From an uncultured Spirochaetales bacterium (GTDB taxonomy: Bacteria > Myxococcota_A > UBA9160 > SMWR01), in contig CAYTJA010000187.1 in the NCBI GenBank assembly GCA_964437835.1, positions 1 to 62,880 on the forward strand: DNA of 62,880 nucleotides, read 5' to 3'. A model generated the notes under the pieces. It worked only from the letters and a program-made list of their open reading frames with translations, did no database searches and was not told the origin of the DNA. Shown one piece after another: positions 9,630-22,958 of this stretch (its first letter is position 1; every line of letters starts with the position of its first letter). The translations under genes were made by a program, and so were the position numbers.

Positions 9630-11335
9630 CTACACCAGCTGGTTCAGATCGAGCAGGAAGACCGGACGCCCGTCGCCGAGCAGCGTGAGGCCGGCCAGGG
9701 CCTTCAGCCCCGCCAGCAGCGGCGGCACCGGCTTCACGTAGATCTGCTCCTGGCTGTGGACGCGATCGACGCACAGCGCGACGCGTTCGCCGCGCACGTC
9801 CGTGAGCAGCAGGGTCAGCACCTCGAGCCCGGCATCCCGCGGCAGGCCGGTGCGCGCTGCGGCGCCGGGCGCAACCGGGGCGATCGCGTCGCGCAGGAAG
9901 AACAGCGGCAGGGGCTCGCCGTCGACGAGCGCGAAGGCCTCGCGCGCGGCGATCTCGACCTGATCGCGCCGCACCTCGACGATGCGCTCGACGCGTGCGA
10001 CCGGGATCGCGCTGCGGCCGCCGCCGGCGTCGACGATCAGCACGCGCTGGACCGCGGCCGTGACCGGCACCACGAGATCGATCGCCGTGCCGACGCCGGG
10101 TTGGCTGGACAGCTCGACCTGGCCACCCAGCGCCTCGATCGTGGAGCGCACCACGTCCATCCCGACGCCGCGCCCCGAGACCTCCGAGACCTTCCGCGCC
10201 GTCGACAACCCCGGGTGGAAGATGAACGCGATGATCTGCTCGGGCGGCAGGTCGCAGGCCAGATCCGGGATCACCAGCCCCGCCTCGATCGCGCGCTCGC
10301 GCACGCGCTCGAGATCGACGCCGCCGCCGTCGTCGCGGATCGAGATCCGGATCGAATCGCGATCGCGCGCCGCATCGATCCGGATCCGGCCGATCTCGGG
10401 CTTGCCGCGCGCGACGCGCGTCGCGACGGGCTCGATCCCGTGATCGACGGAGTTGCGGATCACGTGCACGAGCGGATCCGAGAGGCGATCGAGGATCGAG
10501 CGGTCGAGCTCGACGTCGGCATTTCGGATCTCGACCTCGACGCGCTTGCCCAGGCGTTGAGCGAGGTCCCGCGCGAGGCGCGGCAGCGGTTCGAGGATGC
10601 GCTCGAGTCGCGTGGTCCGCAGCTCGAGCGCGCGCCGCTGCAGCTCTCCGACGACGCGATCCATGCGGTTCAGCCGGCTCTCGAGCTTGGCCGGAGCCGA
10701 GTTGCGGCGCGCGGCGGTCGTGCGCAGCTGATTCGACGAGAGGATCACCTCGCCGACGGTCGAGAGAAAGCGATCCAGGACTTCGGTGCGGACGCGTACC
10801 GTCGCGGGCGGCTTCGGCGCCTCCGGGTTGCCGCGGCGCGGTCGCGCTTCGGGCGCCGCCGCGGACTCCGGGACGGGTCCCTGCTGCGCGGGCGCCCGGT
10901 CGGCAACCGCTGCCGCAGCGGCCGCCGCAGCCTCAGCTCCGGTCAGCGCCGGCTCGTCTGCGTCCCGGCCGATTTCAGGCTTTTTTTTTTGAGCGCGGTC
11001 TGCCGCGGAGGCGCTGCGCCGCTGCTGCGCACGCCGGCGATCAGCGACTCGAGCTCTTCGAGGCCTGCAAAGACCGTCGCGAGCTCTGCGGCTTCGGCGC
11101 GACCGCGCCGCCGGATTTCCTGCATGTGACTCTCGAGCTCGTGGGCGGCCTCGGCGACCGAGGCGTAGTCGAGGGAGCCGGCCATGCCCTTGATCGAGTG
11201 CGCCATCCGGAAGACCAGATCGATCGACTCGGCGTCTGCCGCGTCCTTCTCGAGCGCGAGCAGACCCCGCGCGAGCTCGGCCAGCTGATCGGCCGCCTCC
11301 TCGAGAAATACCACCCGGTAACGCGCCATGTCCAT
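9630..11335 (-). CDS. cheA: Chemotaxis histidine kinase CheA, split by a frameshift at an A10 tract (Hpt ORF 10943-11335; dimerisation/kinase/CheW domains in the -1 frame)
   Basis: Hpt MAHSIKG; after the tract the -1 frame reads KPEIGRDADEP...TVRVRTEVLDRFLSTVGEVIL, then HVIRNSVDHGIE, DDGGG, FHPGLST, SGRGVGMDV and a CheW domain. Confidence 0.9.
10981..10990 (-). other. A10 homopolymer (coding strand) at the cheA frame junction; candidate slippage site or assembly error
   Basis: T10 on + strand; codons CTC AAA AAA AAA AGC; one extra A joins the two ORFs. Confidence 0.7.
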
Positions 11336-11378
11336 GCTCGAAGCCCTGACCTCGCCGCTTTTCCCAGGCGTTCCGCGC

Positions 11379-11750
11379 CTAGCCCTCGAGCTTCTCGACC
11401 AGCTTTCGCAGCGTCGCGAGGACTGCGGCCGGCTTGAATGGCTTCACGATGAAATCGCGCGCTCCGGCTGCGAGCGATTCGGCCACCAGCGACTCCTGGC
11501 CGAGCGCACTGCACATCACGACGCAGGCCTTCGGGTCGAGTTGCATGATCGCCTTGAGCGCGTCGATGCCCGACTTGCGCGGCATCACGATGTCCATCGT
11601 CACGATGTCCGGCTGGAGCTCGCGGTAGCGCTCGACGGCCTGCACGCCGTCGGAGGCTTCGCCCGCGACCTCGAAACCCTCCTCCTGCACGATCTCTTTG
11701 ATCATCATCCGCATGAAGGAGGCGTCGTCCGCCACCAGGATTCTCGCCAT
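11379..11750 (-). CDS. cheY: Single-domain response regulator CheY (DifD-like)
   Basis: DDASFMR, VTMDIVMP phospho-Asp, MCSA, IVKPF. Confidence 0.93.
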   Translation of the reverse strand: MARILVADDASFMRMMIKEIVQEEGFEVAGEASDGVQAVERYRELQPDIVTMDIVMPRKSGIDALKAIMQLDPKACVVMCSALGQESLVAESLAAGARDFIVKPFKPAAVLATLRKLVEKLEG

Positions 11751-12236
11751 CTAGGAGTCCCCTTCCCGCGTCGGCGCAGTGGTGCCGCTCGCAGCACTCG
11801 CGTTTGCGATCAGCTCTCGCGCGCGCGCGAGCAGCCGCTGTGGGTCGATCAGGTTCGCCATGCGCCCACCCAGATTCCGGCGCTCTGCGATCGGACTGGC
11901 GCCGCGTGCCTGCGCGGGCCTTCCGGGCGCGAGCCCGATCACGCGGTCGACCGGCAGCCCGAGGCGGCTGCCTTCGCCCTCGCTGCCGTCGGTCACGACC
12001 ACGAGCTGGGCCGCCGGCTTCGCCCCCTCGGACACTCCGAGCAGCGCCGACTGCGAGAGCACCGGCAGCGCGTCGCCGTGATGGTTCACGACGCCGCCGA
12101 TCTCGATCGGCAGCGTCGGCACGAGCGAGAGCGGAGCCGCTTCGGCGACCTCGAGCACGCCGACGATCGGCAGCGCGTAGAGTGAGCCAGCGAGCTCGAA
12201 GGTGAGCAGGCGGTCCTGGGCGGCAGCGGAGCTCAC
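11751..12236 (-). CDS. cheW: CheW adaptor
   Basis: [15 protein letters not shown]...EVAE...VPTLP...[12 protein letters not shown]...LGLPVDRV. Confidence 0.88.
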   Translation of the reverse strand: MSSAAAQDRLLTFELAGSLYALPIVGVLEVAEAAPLSLVPTLPIEIGGVVNHHGDALPVLSQSALLGVSEGAKPAAQLVVVTDGSEGEGSRLGLPVDRVIGLAPGRPAQARGASPIAERRNLGGRMANLIDPQRLLARARELIANASAASGTTAPTREGDS

Positions 12237-13513
12237 TCGGGTTGCTCCAGCGGCAGCGCGGGCCCGGTCTTGAGCCGGCGCAGATTCGACTGCAGCGCCT
12301 CCGTGCGCGACGCCACCGCGCCGGCGACCTCGCGCAGGCGCTCCATCGAGCTCTCCTGGCTGCGGGCCGTCGTCGTGACCTGCGCCAGCGCCTGCGCGTT
12401 TCGCGCCTCGACCTGCTTCAGCGCATCCATCGCCGACACGATGCGCTCGACATCGCGCGCCTGCGCGTCGGCGCCCTCGAAGATCTCCTCGCTGCGGGCG
12501 GCCGCCTCGCCGACCGCCGAGCGGATCTGCTCGAGCGAGCTCGCGATCGTGTCGACGTCCTCACGACCCTCGCCGACCACGACCCTCGACTCGCGCATCT
12601 GGTCCGCGACCTCGCCGGTTCCGGTCTGGATCTCGTCGACGAGCTTCGCGATCTCCTCGGCCGAAGAGCCGGCACTCTCGGCCAGCTTGCGGATCTCCTC
12701 GGCGACGACCGAGAAGCCGCGCCCCGCCTCCCCGGCGCGCGCGGCCTCGATCGAGGCGTTCAGCGAGAGCAGGTTCGTGCGGTGCGCGACCTCGGTGATC
12801 ATCTCGGTGATCTGATGCACGTGGCGCGTCTTCTCCTCGAGCTCGAAGACGCGCGCGACGACCTGCTCGACGCGCTCGAAGACCGTGCGCATCTTCTGGA
12901 TCGCGAGGCGCGTGATGTCGACGCCGCTCGCGGCCTTCTGCGTCGCTTCGGCGGCGAAGCCGAAGGCCTCGCGCGCGCGCGCCGCGTTCTGCTCGATCGT
13001 CGACGCCATCTCGTGGATCAGCTGGTTCGCGTCGAGCAGGAGCCGCTGCTGCTCGGCGACGCTGTCCGAGAGGTGGGTGACGGTCGCGGCGATGTCGCGA
13101 TTCCCGACGCCGAGCCGGTCGACGGCGCGCAGCAGGTCCTGCGCGGTTTCGGAGACGCCGTTTGCGTTGCCCTGGGCGCTTCCGAGCAGCGCCGAGAGGT
13201 TCGCGGCCATCTCGCGCATGCTGCCGCAGAGCTCGCTCGTCTCATCGGGGAAGCGCTGCGGCGACAGCGACGGCTGCACCGAGAGGTCCCCGCGGCTGAC
13301 CGATCGCGCGGTATCGCGCAGCGCGCGCGTCGCCGCCGCAAGCGGTCGCGCGAGCCAGTAGCCGAGCACCGCGCCGCCGAGCAGCCCGAGGAAGGGCACG
13401 GTTCCGGAAGTGACGAGGATGCCCGCGGCCGCGAGCAGGTCCGGCAGGAAGAGCGCTGTGCAGCCCACGAGGACCGCGCCGAGCGCGCACTTCTGCGAGA
13501 GAGGGAGCCGCAC
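12233..13513 (-). CDS. Methyl-accepting chemotaxis protein (DifA-like, two close TM helices, HAMP)
   Basis: [36 protein letters not shown] signalling tip; hydrophobic N-terminus. GTG start at 13513 is inferred. Confidence 0.92.
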   Translation of the reverse strand: MRLPLSQKCALGAVLVGCTALFLPDLLAAAGILVTSGTVPFLGLLGGAVLGYWLARPLAAATRALRDTARSVSRGDLSVQPSLSPQRFPDETSELCGSMREMAANLSALLGSAQGNANGVSETAQDLLRAVDRLGVGNRDIAATVTHLSDSVAEQQRLLLDANQLIHEMASTIEQNAARAREAFGFAAEATQKAASGVDITRLAIQKMRTVFERVEQVVARVFELEEKTRHVHQITEMITEVAHRTNLLSLNASIEAARAGEAGRGFSVVAEEIRKLAESAGSSAEEIAKLVDEIQTGTGEVADQMRESRVVVGEGREDVDTIASSLEQIRSAVGEAAARSEEIFEGADAQARDVERIVSAMDALKQVEARNAQALAQVTTTARSQESSMERLREVAGAVASRTEALQSNLRRLKTGPALPLEQPE

Positions 13514-13619
13514 CGAGGAACTATCGGAGGTCGGAGGCGCGCGCTTGATCCGGGCCCCCCGCGGCGCCTCGAGCGGCAACCCATGCGCAGGCACGCTGCA
13601 GCCCCCGCGAGCACGGACG

Positions 13620-14624
13620 TCAGAAGTGCCTCCAGCCGGCGCCGGGGTGGGGGGCGGGACGCGGGCGCCGCGCTGCGGGCTGCTCGCGCAGGCCGCCGAC
13701 CTCGCTGACGGCAACTCCGAGCCGGCGCGAGAGATCCGCTGCGCAGGGAGCGCTGCGCCGAACCGCGAAGAGCAGCTCGTAGTCCTCCCCGCCGCCGAGC
13801 AGCAGCGCCGCCGGGTCGGCCCCGAGGCGCCTGCATAACGCGTCGAATCCGGGCGGGCGCGGCACGCGCAGGGGGTCGATCCAGGCCTCGAGCTGCGCGC
13901 CGCGCCGGCGCGTCTGGCCGGCGCGCGCGAGCTGCGCGGCATCGGAGGCGAGGCCATCGGAGAGGTCGATCACGCCTCCGAGCCAGCGCTCCCCGCTCTC
14001 ACGCAGGCGCGCGAGCGCCCGGCCGACCGCGAGGCGCGGCGTCGGCAGCTGCTGGATGCGTCGCCCTTCCCGCTCCGCGCGCAAGAGCGCCAGCGCTGCG
14101 CCGCCGAGCGTGCCGGTGACGCAGAGTCGATCGCCCGGGCGCGAGCCGCTGCGCCGCAGCGCCGCGCCGCGCGGCACCGAGCCCAGCACGGTCAGCGCGA
14201 GCGAGGTCTCGCGGGCGCGCGTCAGGTTGCCGCCCACGAGCGGCGCCCCGAGCGCGGCGCCCTCTTCCGCGACCCCGCGCAGCAGCGCGTCGAAGCGCTC
14301 GAGCGGCAGCTCTGGCGGAGCCGCGAGTGCGCAAGTCATGCCGAGCGGGCGGGCGCCCATCGCCGCGAGATCCGAGAGCGCCGCGAGCGCGGCGCGGCGC
14401 CCGATCCAGCGCGGGGACTCGCTTTGCCAGCGGAAGTGCACGTCTTGCACGCGCGCATCGGAGCTCACGACGAGTTCCTCGCCGGGCGCCATCCGCAGCA
14501 CCGCTGCGTCGTCCCCGATGCCGAGCGAGACGTGCCGCTGCGGGCCGGCCTGCGCCTGCACGAGCCTCCGGATGCGTTCGACGAGGCCCTGCTCGCCGAC
14601 CTCCGCGAGCGTGGGAGGAGCCAT
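13620..14624 (-). CDS. thiL: Thiamine-monophosphate kinase
   Basis: [46 protein letters not shown]. Confidence 0.95.
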   Translation of the reverse strand: MAPPTLAEVGEQGLVERIRRLVQAQAGPQRHVSLGIGDDAAVLRMAPGEELVVSSDARVQDVHFRWQSESPRWIGRRAALAALSDLAAMGARPLGMTCALAAPPELPLERFDALLRGVAEEGAALGAPLVGGNLTRARETSLALTVLGSVPRGAALRRSGSRPGDRLCVTGTLGGAALALLRAEREGRRIQQLPTPRLAVGRALARLRESGERWLGGVIDLSDGLASDAAQLARAGQTRRRGAQLEAWIDPLRVPRPPGFDALCRRLGADPAALLLGGGEDYELLFAVRRSAPCAADLSRRLGVAVSEVGGLREQPAARRPRPAPHPGAGWRHF

Positions 14625-14648
14625 CCCGAAACAGCGTAGCGGGACGCC

Positions 14649-14907
14649 GCAAGCCGCTTCGGCGGAGTGCGGGTGGGCTGCTCCCAGCCCGGAACCTGCC
14701 AGATCGCAAGCCGTTTCGGCGCGCAGCGAGGCGAAGCCGAGCGGAGGGCGGGTGGGACCGGGCCGCTCCCGGACCGGGACCCGCAAGACCCGGCGCGCAG
14801 CGAGCCGCAGGCGAGCGGAGTTAAAATAAGCCGCCCCGGCGCGCAGCCAACTGCAAGCGAGCGCAATGCGGGAGCGCCGGGCCGCTCCCGGACCGGGACC
14901 CGCAAGG
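14649..14907 (-). repeat. REP-like modular repeat, cluster 4
   Basis: Two ccgggccgctcccggaccgggacccgcaag copies, gcaagccgtttcggcgcgcagcgag, and the ttaaaataagccgccccggcgcgcagccaactgc module shared with cluster 2. Confidence 0.85.
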
Positions 14908-14918
14908 CCTGCCAGAGC

Positions 14919-17342
<2,424 letters not shown>

Positions 17343-17500
17343 CCCCGCGCGTTTCGTCGGCGCGAGCGGGCGACTTGAGATCGGCGATCCGACCGGCACG
17401 GAAGTGTCGCGCAGACACCTGTGCAGCGCGTGCGCAGCGCGCCGACCCGCCGGCGCCGAAGCCGAGCTGCCACTTCGGCCGGCCCTCGCTGCGGAACCTG

Positions 17501-19573
17501 CTAGGGCCCGATCTGGACGAAGTCCTTGCCCTCGACGCTGATCAGGAAGGGCCGCTTGCGCGCGTTGCCGTCCTCGGCGATCGAGATCACTCCCGACGCG
17601 CCGGGGTGGCCGCGCAGCTCGCGCAATCCGTTCCGCAACTCTTCGCGCGAGTCCGCGCCGTGCGCGAGCTGCAGCAGCGCGAGATTTGCCGCGTCGAAGG
17701 CCTGGGCCGAAAATTCGTTCGGCTGGGTCTGGAAGGCCTGGCTGTAGTCGCGCGTGAACTGCTGCACGAAGGAGGTCGGGCTGCCCGGGAAGTAGTGAAC
17801 CGGGAAGACCGCCTTCTGCACGTGCTCGCGCGCGAGCCGCACCAGCTCCGGTGCATACCAGCCCGAGGCGCCGAGCAGCACCGCGCCCTTCACCTCGTGG
17901 AACGCGAGCTGCGGCGCGATCAGCACGATCTGCTCGTGCGAGGCGGGAATGAAGAGCGCGTCGAAGTCGACGATCGGCGGCAGCGGCGCGCCGTCCGGCG
18001 CGGTCATCGCCTTCGCCTCGGCGACCTGCACACGCGCCTCGCCGGCCGGGAGCCGCCGCGCGTGCGCGAGCAGCTTCCCGCGCTTCTCGAGCGCGGCCCG
18101 CTCCTCGGGCGAGAGCAGCTCGTAGCCGACGAGGCGTTTGATCGGCCCCGCGAAGTCGGTGCTGCCGGGCTCGAAGCCGGCCGCCGCGACCACGCTGCCC
18201 CCGCGCGCGAGGACGGCGTCCCAGAACAGCGCGCGCAGTCCGAACCCGTACTTGTCCTTCGGATACAGGATCGCGAAGCGCCGCGCGCCGAGGGCGCCCA
18301 TCGCGTGCTCGACGACGGCCTCGACCTCTTCGCGCGGCGTCGTGCGCAAGCGGAACACCTGGCTGCGGCCGCTGACGAGATCTTCCTTCGAGTTGAGTGC
18401 GAGCAGCGGGATCCCGGCCGCCTCGGCTTCGCTGGCTGCGGCTTCGCACTCGTCGGAGACCAGCGGACCGACGATCGCCGCGACTTCGGAATTCCCCGCG
18501 AGCTCTCGCACGGCCTCGGCCGCGCGGTCGCCGCGGCCTGCGGTGTCGCGGATCAGCAGCCGGACCTCGGAGCGGCTCGCGGCCGGGTCGCCTCCGAAGA
18601 CGCCCGCGGCGAGCAGGATGCCCTCGAGGCTCTGCTGGCCGAAACGCGCGAGGCGACCCGACAGCGGCAGCACCACGCCGAGGGTTCCGCGCGCCCGCGA
18701 GACGTCCGGACTGCCGGCGCCCTCGAGCTCTGCGAAGGCCGGCAGCCCCGCGAGAGCCGTCGGCTGCGAGGCCGGGCCGCCAGACGTGGCCCGCCGCAGC
18801 CGCTCGCTGACTGCCGCATAACGCGCTGCCGCCGCCGGCGTGAGCGGCAGCTCGCCGGCCTCTTCCACGGCGTGCTGTGCCATCAGCGTGTCGCCCTGGT
18901 CGAGCGCCCGCTCCGCGGCCGCGATCCAGACCGGGCCGGCCGCCAGCTGGCGCTCGAGCGCCTCGGCGGCGCGCAGATGCTCGTGCAGCGAGAGAGCGCG
19001 AGCGGTGGCGTCGATCTCCGCGTCGATGCGCGCGAGCGCCGGCTCGCTCTGCTCCTCGCCGCGCAGCTGGGAGAGCCAGCGCAGCTTCTGCACCGGGTCG
19101 CTCACCGCATCCGCGAGCAGGCGATAGGCCTCGCGGCGCTGGCCGGGCTCGAGGCGTGAGAAGCGCAGCCGCTCGAGCAGCGCGGCCGCCTTCGCGGGCT
19201 GGCCCTGCTGCACCAGGAGTGCCCCGAGCCGCAGGCGCGCGGTGTCCGCGTGCTGCGAATCCGAATGGCGGTCGAGCAGCGTGCGGTACCAGTGCTCCGC
19301 TTCCGTCGGGCTGCGCCGGCGGGCCGCGAGCTCCGCGAGGCGCATCGACGCATCTGCCGCGAGCGAGCCGTCGGGGTACTGTACGAGGAACTGGCGCAGC
19401 GCGCGCGCCTCGGAGTCGGGCTGCGGCTGCGCGAGCGCCTGCTGGTAGGCGCGATGCTCGGCCTCGCCGGCTTCGGGCCGTGGCGTCGCGCAAGCCCACG
19501 CCAGAAGCGCGGCGCAGCCGAGCGCGGCGCAGCTCCGGCGCAGCTGCAGTGACTGCTCGCGCATGGACCGCAT
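17501..19573 (-). CDS. LpoA/LppC-like lipoprotein (TPR-like N-terminus plus periplasmic-binding-protein domain)
   Basis: Lipobox LAWAC; FLVQYPDGSLA TPR-like repeats; LGVVLPLSG, AIVGPLVS, AQAFDAA. Start at 19573 or 19564. Confidence 0.8.
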   Translation of the reverse strand: MRSMREQSLQLRRSCAALGCAALLAWACATPRPEAGEAEHRAYQQALAQPQPDSEARALRQFLVQYPDGSLAADASMRLAELAARRRSPTEAEHWYRTLLDRHSDSQHADTARLRLGALLVQQGQPAKAAALLERLRFSRLEPGQRREAYRLLADAVSDPVQKLRWLSQLRGEEQSEPALARIDAEIDATARALSLHEHLRAAEALERQLAAGPVWIAAAERALDQGDTLMAQHAVEEAGELPLTPAAAARYAAVSERLRRATSGGPASQPTALAGLPAFAELEGAGSPDVSRARGTLGVVLPLSGRLARFGQQSLEGILLAAGVFGGDPAASRSEVRLLIRDTAGRGDRAAEAVRELAGNSEVAAIVGPLVSDECEAAASEAEAAGIPLLALNSKEDLVSGRSQVFRLRTTPREEVEAVVEHAMGALGARRFAILYPKDKYGFGLRALFWDAVLARGGSVVAAAGFEPGSTDFAGPIKRLVGYELLSPEERAALEKRGKLLAHARRLPAGEARVQVAEAKAMTAPDGAPLPPIVDFDALFIPASHEQIVLIAPQLAFHEVKGAVLLGASGWYAPELVRLAREHVQKAVFPVHYFPGSPTSFVQQFTRDYSQAFQTQPNEFSAQAFDAANLALLQLAHGADSREELRNGLRELRGHPGASGVISIAEDGNARKRPFLISVEGKDFVQIGP

Positions 19574-19622
19574 GCAAGCCCCCCCCGTGGCCCTGGCCCG
19601 CGACCGTAGCGATTCCAGAATA

Positions 19623-20759
19623 TTAGTCGAAGAGGTCCCGGAGCTTGTCGAGGAAGCTCTGGCGCACCGGCGAGATCTCTTCTCCCGCCTGCTCCGCGAA
19701 TTCCTCCAGCAGCTCGCGCTGGCGCTTCGTGAGGCGGGTCGGCACTTCGACGAAGACGTGCACGTGCTGATCGCCGAGCGCGCTGCTGCGCAGCGAGGGC
19801 AGACCCTTCGCGCGCATGCGCAGCACCTTGCCCGACTGCGTCCCTTCCGGAATCCGCAGCTTGACCTTGCCGTCGAGGGTCGGCACGTCGACTTCCGCGC
19901 CGAGCGCGGCCTGCGCGAAAGTGACCGGGACCTGACAGTGCAGGTCCTGCCCGTCGCGCTCGAAGAGCGGGTGCGGCTTGACCGAGACCACGACGTAGAG
20001 ATCGCCGGACGGCCCGCCAGCGATCCCGGCCTCGCCCTCGCCCGACAGCCGCAGCCGTACGCCGTCGTCGACCCCGGGCGGCACCTTGACCTTGACGCGC
20101 TGGATGCTCTGCGTGCGCCCACTGCCGCGGCAATCGCTGCAGCGCTCGCGGACGATTTCCCCGGCCCCGCCGCACTCCTCGCAGGGCCGGCTGATGCGGA
20201 AGAAGCCCTGCTGCAGCACGACCTGCCCCGCGCCGCGGCAGCGCCCGCAGGTCTCGGGCCGGGTACCTGGCCGCGCGCCGCTGCCGTTGCAGCTGCCGCA
20301 GGGCCGCGTCTTCGGGATCTCGATCTGGGCTTCGAGCCCGCTGCGCAGGTCGGGCAGCTCGACCTCGAGGTTGTAGCGGAGGTCGGCGCCGCGCTGGCCG
20401 CGTCCGCGCCCGCGGCCGCCGCCGGGGCGCCCGCCGAAGAGGTCGCCGAACAGGTCGTTGAAGATGTCGCCGAAGCCGCCGAGATCGCCGACATCGAAGC
20501 CAGGCACGCCGGGACCGCCCCCAGTGCCGACACCCGCGAAGCCCAGCCGGTCGTAGACCCGGCGTTTCTCGGGCTCCGAGAGGATCGCGTAGGCCTCCGA
20601 GGCCTCCTTGAACTTCTCCTCCGCCTCGAGATCGTCGGGGTTGCGGTCCGGGTGGAACTGCAGCGCGAGCTTGCGATACGAGGACTTGAGTGCGGCGGCC
20701 TCTACGTCGCGCGGAACGCCGAGCACCTCGTAGTAGTCGCGTTTCGCCAAGCTGGGCAC
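19623..20759 (-). CDS. dnaJ: Chaperone DnaJ
   Basis: KRDYYEVLGV, HPD motif, G/F region, four CxxCxGxG repeats. Start may be TTG at 20750. Confidence 0.97.
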   Translation of the reverse strand: MPSLAKRDYYEVLGVPRDVEAAALKSSYRKLALQFHPDRNPDDLEAEEKFKEASEAYAILSEPEKRRVYDRLGFAGVGTGGGPGVPGFDVGDLGGFGDIFNDLFGDLFGGRPGGGRGRGRGQRGADLRYNLEVELPDLRSGLEAQIEIPKTRPCGSCNGSGARPGTRPETCGRCRGAGQVVLQQGFFRISRPCEECGGAGEIVRERCSDCRGSGRTQSIQRVKVKVPPGVDDGVRLRLSGEGEAGIAGGPSGDLYVVVSVKPHPLFERDGQDLHCQVPVTFAQAALGAEVDVPTLDGKVKLRIPEGTQSGKVLRMRAKGLPSLRSSALGDQHVHVFVEVPTRLTKRQRELLEEFAEQAGEEISPVRQSFLDKLRDLFD

Positions 20760-20901
20760 CTTAGCCGGATGGGAGATCCACGCGGACCGCTGCGCACCCG
20801 CGGGGTTAGAAATCGAGGCCGATGTATGGAGCCCGCCCGCGGGAAGTCAAGTGCGCCGGGCGAGGCACCCGACGCCCCCCCTTGCCCACAGCGGATTCGC
20901 T

Positions 20902-22743
20902 CTAGGAGGACTTGTCGCCCGGCTCCGCAGCGTCTTTGCCGCCCAGCGCCTGGTACAGCGTTTCGGTCATCTTGTAGGTCAGCGCCGACAGCTCGTCGAT
21001 CGCGGCCCGCAGCACAGCCGAATCCTCGCCTTGGATCGCGACCTTCGCCTTCTCGAGCGCGGCCGCGAGCGGGTCGCGATCGGAGCTGTTGATGTGGCTC
21101 GCGAATTCCTCGAGGGTGCGCTCCGAGGAGTAGATCAGGCCGTCGGCCTTGTTCTTGAGCTCGATGAAATCGCGCCGCTGGCGGTCGGCCTCCTGATTCG
21201 CCTCGGCCTCCTCGACCAGCGTCTCGATCGCGTCCTGCGAGAGCCCGCTCGAGGCCTGCACGCGGATCGCCTGCGTGCGCCCGGTGCCGAGATCCTTCGC
21301 GGAGACGTTCACGACGCCGTCGGCGTCGATGTCGAAGCTGACCTCGATCTGCGGCACGCCGCGCGGCGCAGGCGGGACGCCGACGAGCTCGAAGCGCCCG
21401 AGCGTCTTGTTGTCCTTCACCAGCGGGCGCTCGCCCTGCACCACGTGGACCCGCACCACCGTCTGGTTGTCCTCGGTGGTCGAGAACACCTGGCTCTTGG
21501 AAGTCGGGATCGTGGTGTTGCGGTCGATGATCTTGAACGCGACGCCGCCCTGCGTCTCGACGCCGAGCGAGAGCGGCGTCACGTCGAGCAGCAGCACGTT
21601 GCCGACCTCGCCGACGATCACCCCGCCCTGCAGCGCCGCGCCACAGGCCACGACCTCGTCCGGATTCACGCTCTTGTTCGGCTCGCGGCCGAAGATCTCC
21701 TTGACCTTCTGCTGGACCACCGGCATGCGCGTCATGCCACCGACCAGCACGACCTCGTCGATTTCACCGGGCGCGAGGTTGGCATCGGAGAGCGCCGTCT
21801 TGCAGGGCTCGACCAGGCGATCGATCAGGTCCGCACACATCTGCTCGAGCTGGGAGCGCGTGAGCGTGGAGGTCAGGTGCTTCGGCCCCGAGGCGTTGGC
21901 CGCGATGAAAGGCAGGTTCAGGTCGGTCTGGTCGCAGGAAGAGAGCTCCTGCTTCGCGCGCTCCGCGGCTTCTTTGATGCGCTGCAGCGCCATCTTGTCC
22001 TGGCGCAGATCGATGCCCTCGCTCGCGAGGAATTTCTCGATCAGCTGGTCGGCGATGCGGTTGTCGAAGTCCTCGCCGCCGAGATAGGTGTCGCCGTTGG
22101 TGCTGCGCACCTCGAAGACGCCGTCGGTGATCTCGAGAATCGAGATGTCGAAGGTGCCGCCGCCGAGATCGAAGATCGCGACCACGCTCCTGCCCTGCGA
22201 TCCGAGCCCGTAGGAGAGCGCCGCGGCGGTCGGCTCGTTCACGATGCGCAGCACCTCGAGCCCGGCGATCTTGCCCGCGTCCTGCGTGGCCTGGCGTTGC
22301 GAATCGTCGAAGTAGGCCGGCACCGTGATCACGGCCTGTTCGACCGGCTCGCCCAGATAGTCCTGGGCCGTGTCCTTCATCTTCTGCAGGATCATCGCCG
22401 AGATCTCCTGCGGCGAGCAGGCGCGGTCTCCGATCCGGACCCAGGCGTCGCCGTTCTCGGCGGCCTCGATCGCGAAGGGCGCGATCTTCGCGAAGCGCTG
22501 CACTTCCTCGCTCGCGAACTTGCGCCCGATCAAGCGCTTCACGGCGAAGACCGTCTGCTCCGGATTCGTTACGGCCTGGCGCTTGGCGATCTGCCCGACC
22601 AGCTTCTCACCGCTCTGCGTGAAGGCGACGATCGAGGGCGTGGTTCGCGCGCCTTCGGCGTTCGCGATCACTGCGGGCTCGCCGTCGAAGATCGCGACGC
22701 AGGAGTTCGTCGTGCCGAGGTCGATACCGATCACCTTGCCCAT
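20902..22743 (-). CDS. dnaK: Chaperone DnaK (Hsp70)
   Basis: [48 protein letters not shown]. Confidence 0.98.
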   Translation of the reverse strand: MGKVIGIDLGTTNSCVAIFDGEPAVIANAEGARTTPSIVAFTQSGEKLVGQIAKRQAVTNPEQTVFAVKRLIGRKFASEEVQRFAKIAPFAIEAAENGDAWVRIGDRACSPQEISAMILQKMKDTAQDYLGEPVEQAVITVPAYFDDSQRQATQDAGKIAGLEVLRIVNEPTAAALSYGLGSQGRSVVAIFDLGGGTFDISILEITDGVFEVRSTNGDTYLGGEDFDNRIADQLIEKFLASEGIDLRQDKMALQRIKEAAERAKQELSSCDQTDLNLPFIAANASGPKHLTSTLTRSQLEQMCADLIDRLVEPCKTALSDANLAPGEIDEVVLVGGMTRMPVVQQKVKEIFGREPNKSVNPDEVVACGAALQGGVIVGEVGNVLLLDVTPLSLGVETQGGVAFKIIDRNTTIPTSKSQVFSTTEDNQTVVRVHVVQGERPLVKDNKTLGRFELVGVPPAPRGVPQIEVSFDIDADGVVNVSAKDLGTGRTQAIRVQASSGLSQDAIETLVEEAEANQEADRQRRDFIELKNKADGLIYSSERTLEEFASHINSSDRDPLAAALEKAKVAIQGEDSAVLRAAIDELSALTYKMTETLYQALGGKDAAEPGDKSS

Positions 22744-22958
22744 CGCTGGCGGCCCCTCCGCAGTGGGCGCCCGCGGCGGCCGGCCCGGACCGGGCGTGGG
22801 CGCCGCGGCGCTCGCCGCTGCGAGGGTCTTTTCGGACGACCCGACTCCGGACTTTTCCTGGAATTGCCGGTTCCGGAAGAAAGGCAGGGAAAGGAAGGGG
22901 TTGGGCGGCTGCCGGATGGCTGCGGAGGCCGGGGATCAGGTCCCGGAGCTGAGGCCCT

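Noticed and set aside
9630-11335. cheA as a dead pseudogene
   Set aside because: Only one lesion, at a homopolymer in a linker; all catalytic motifs and operon partners are intact.
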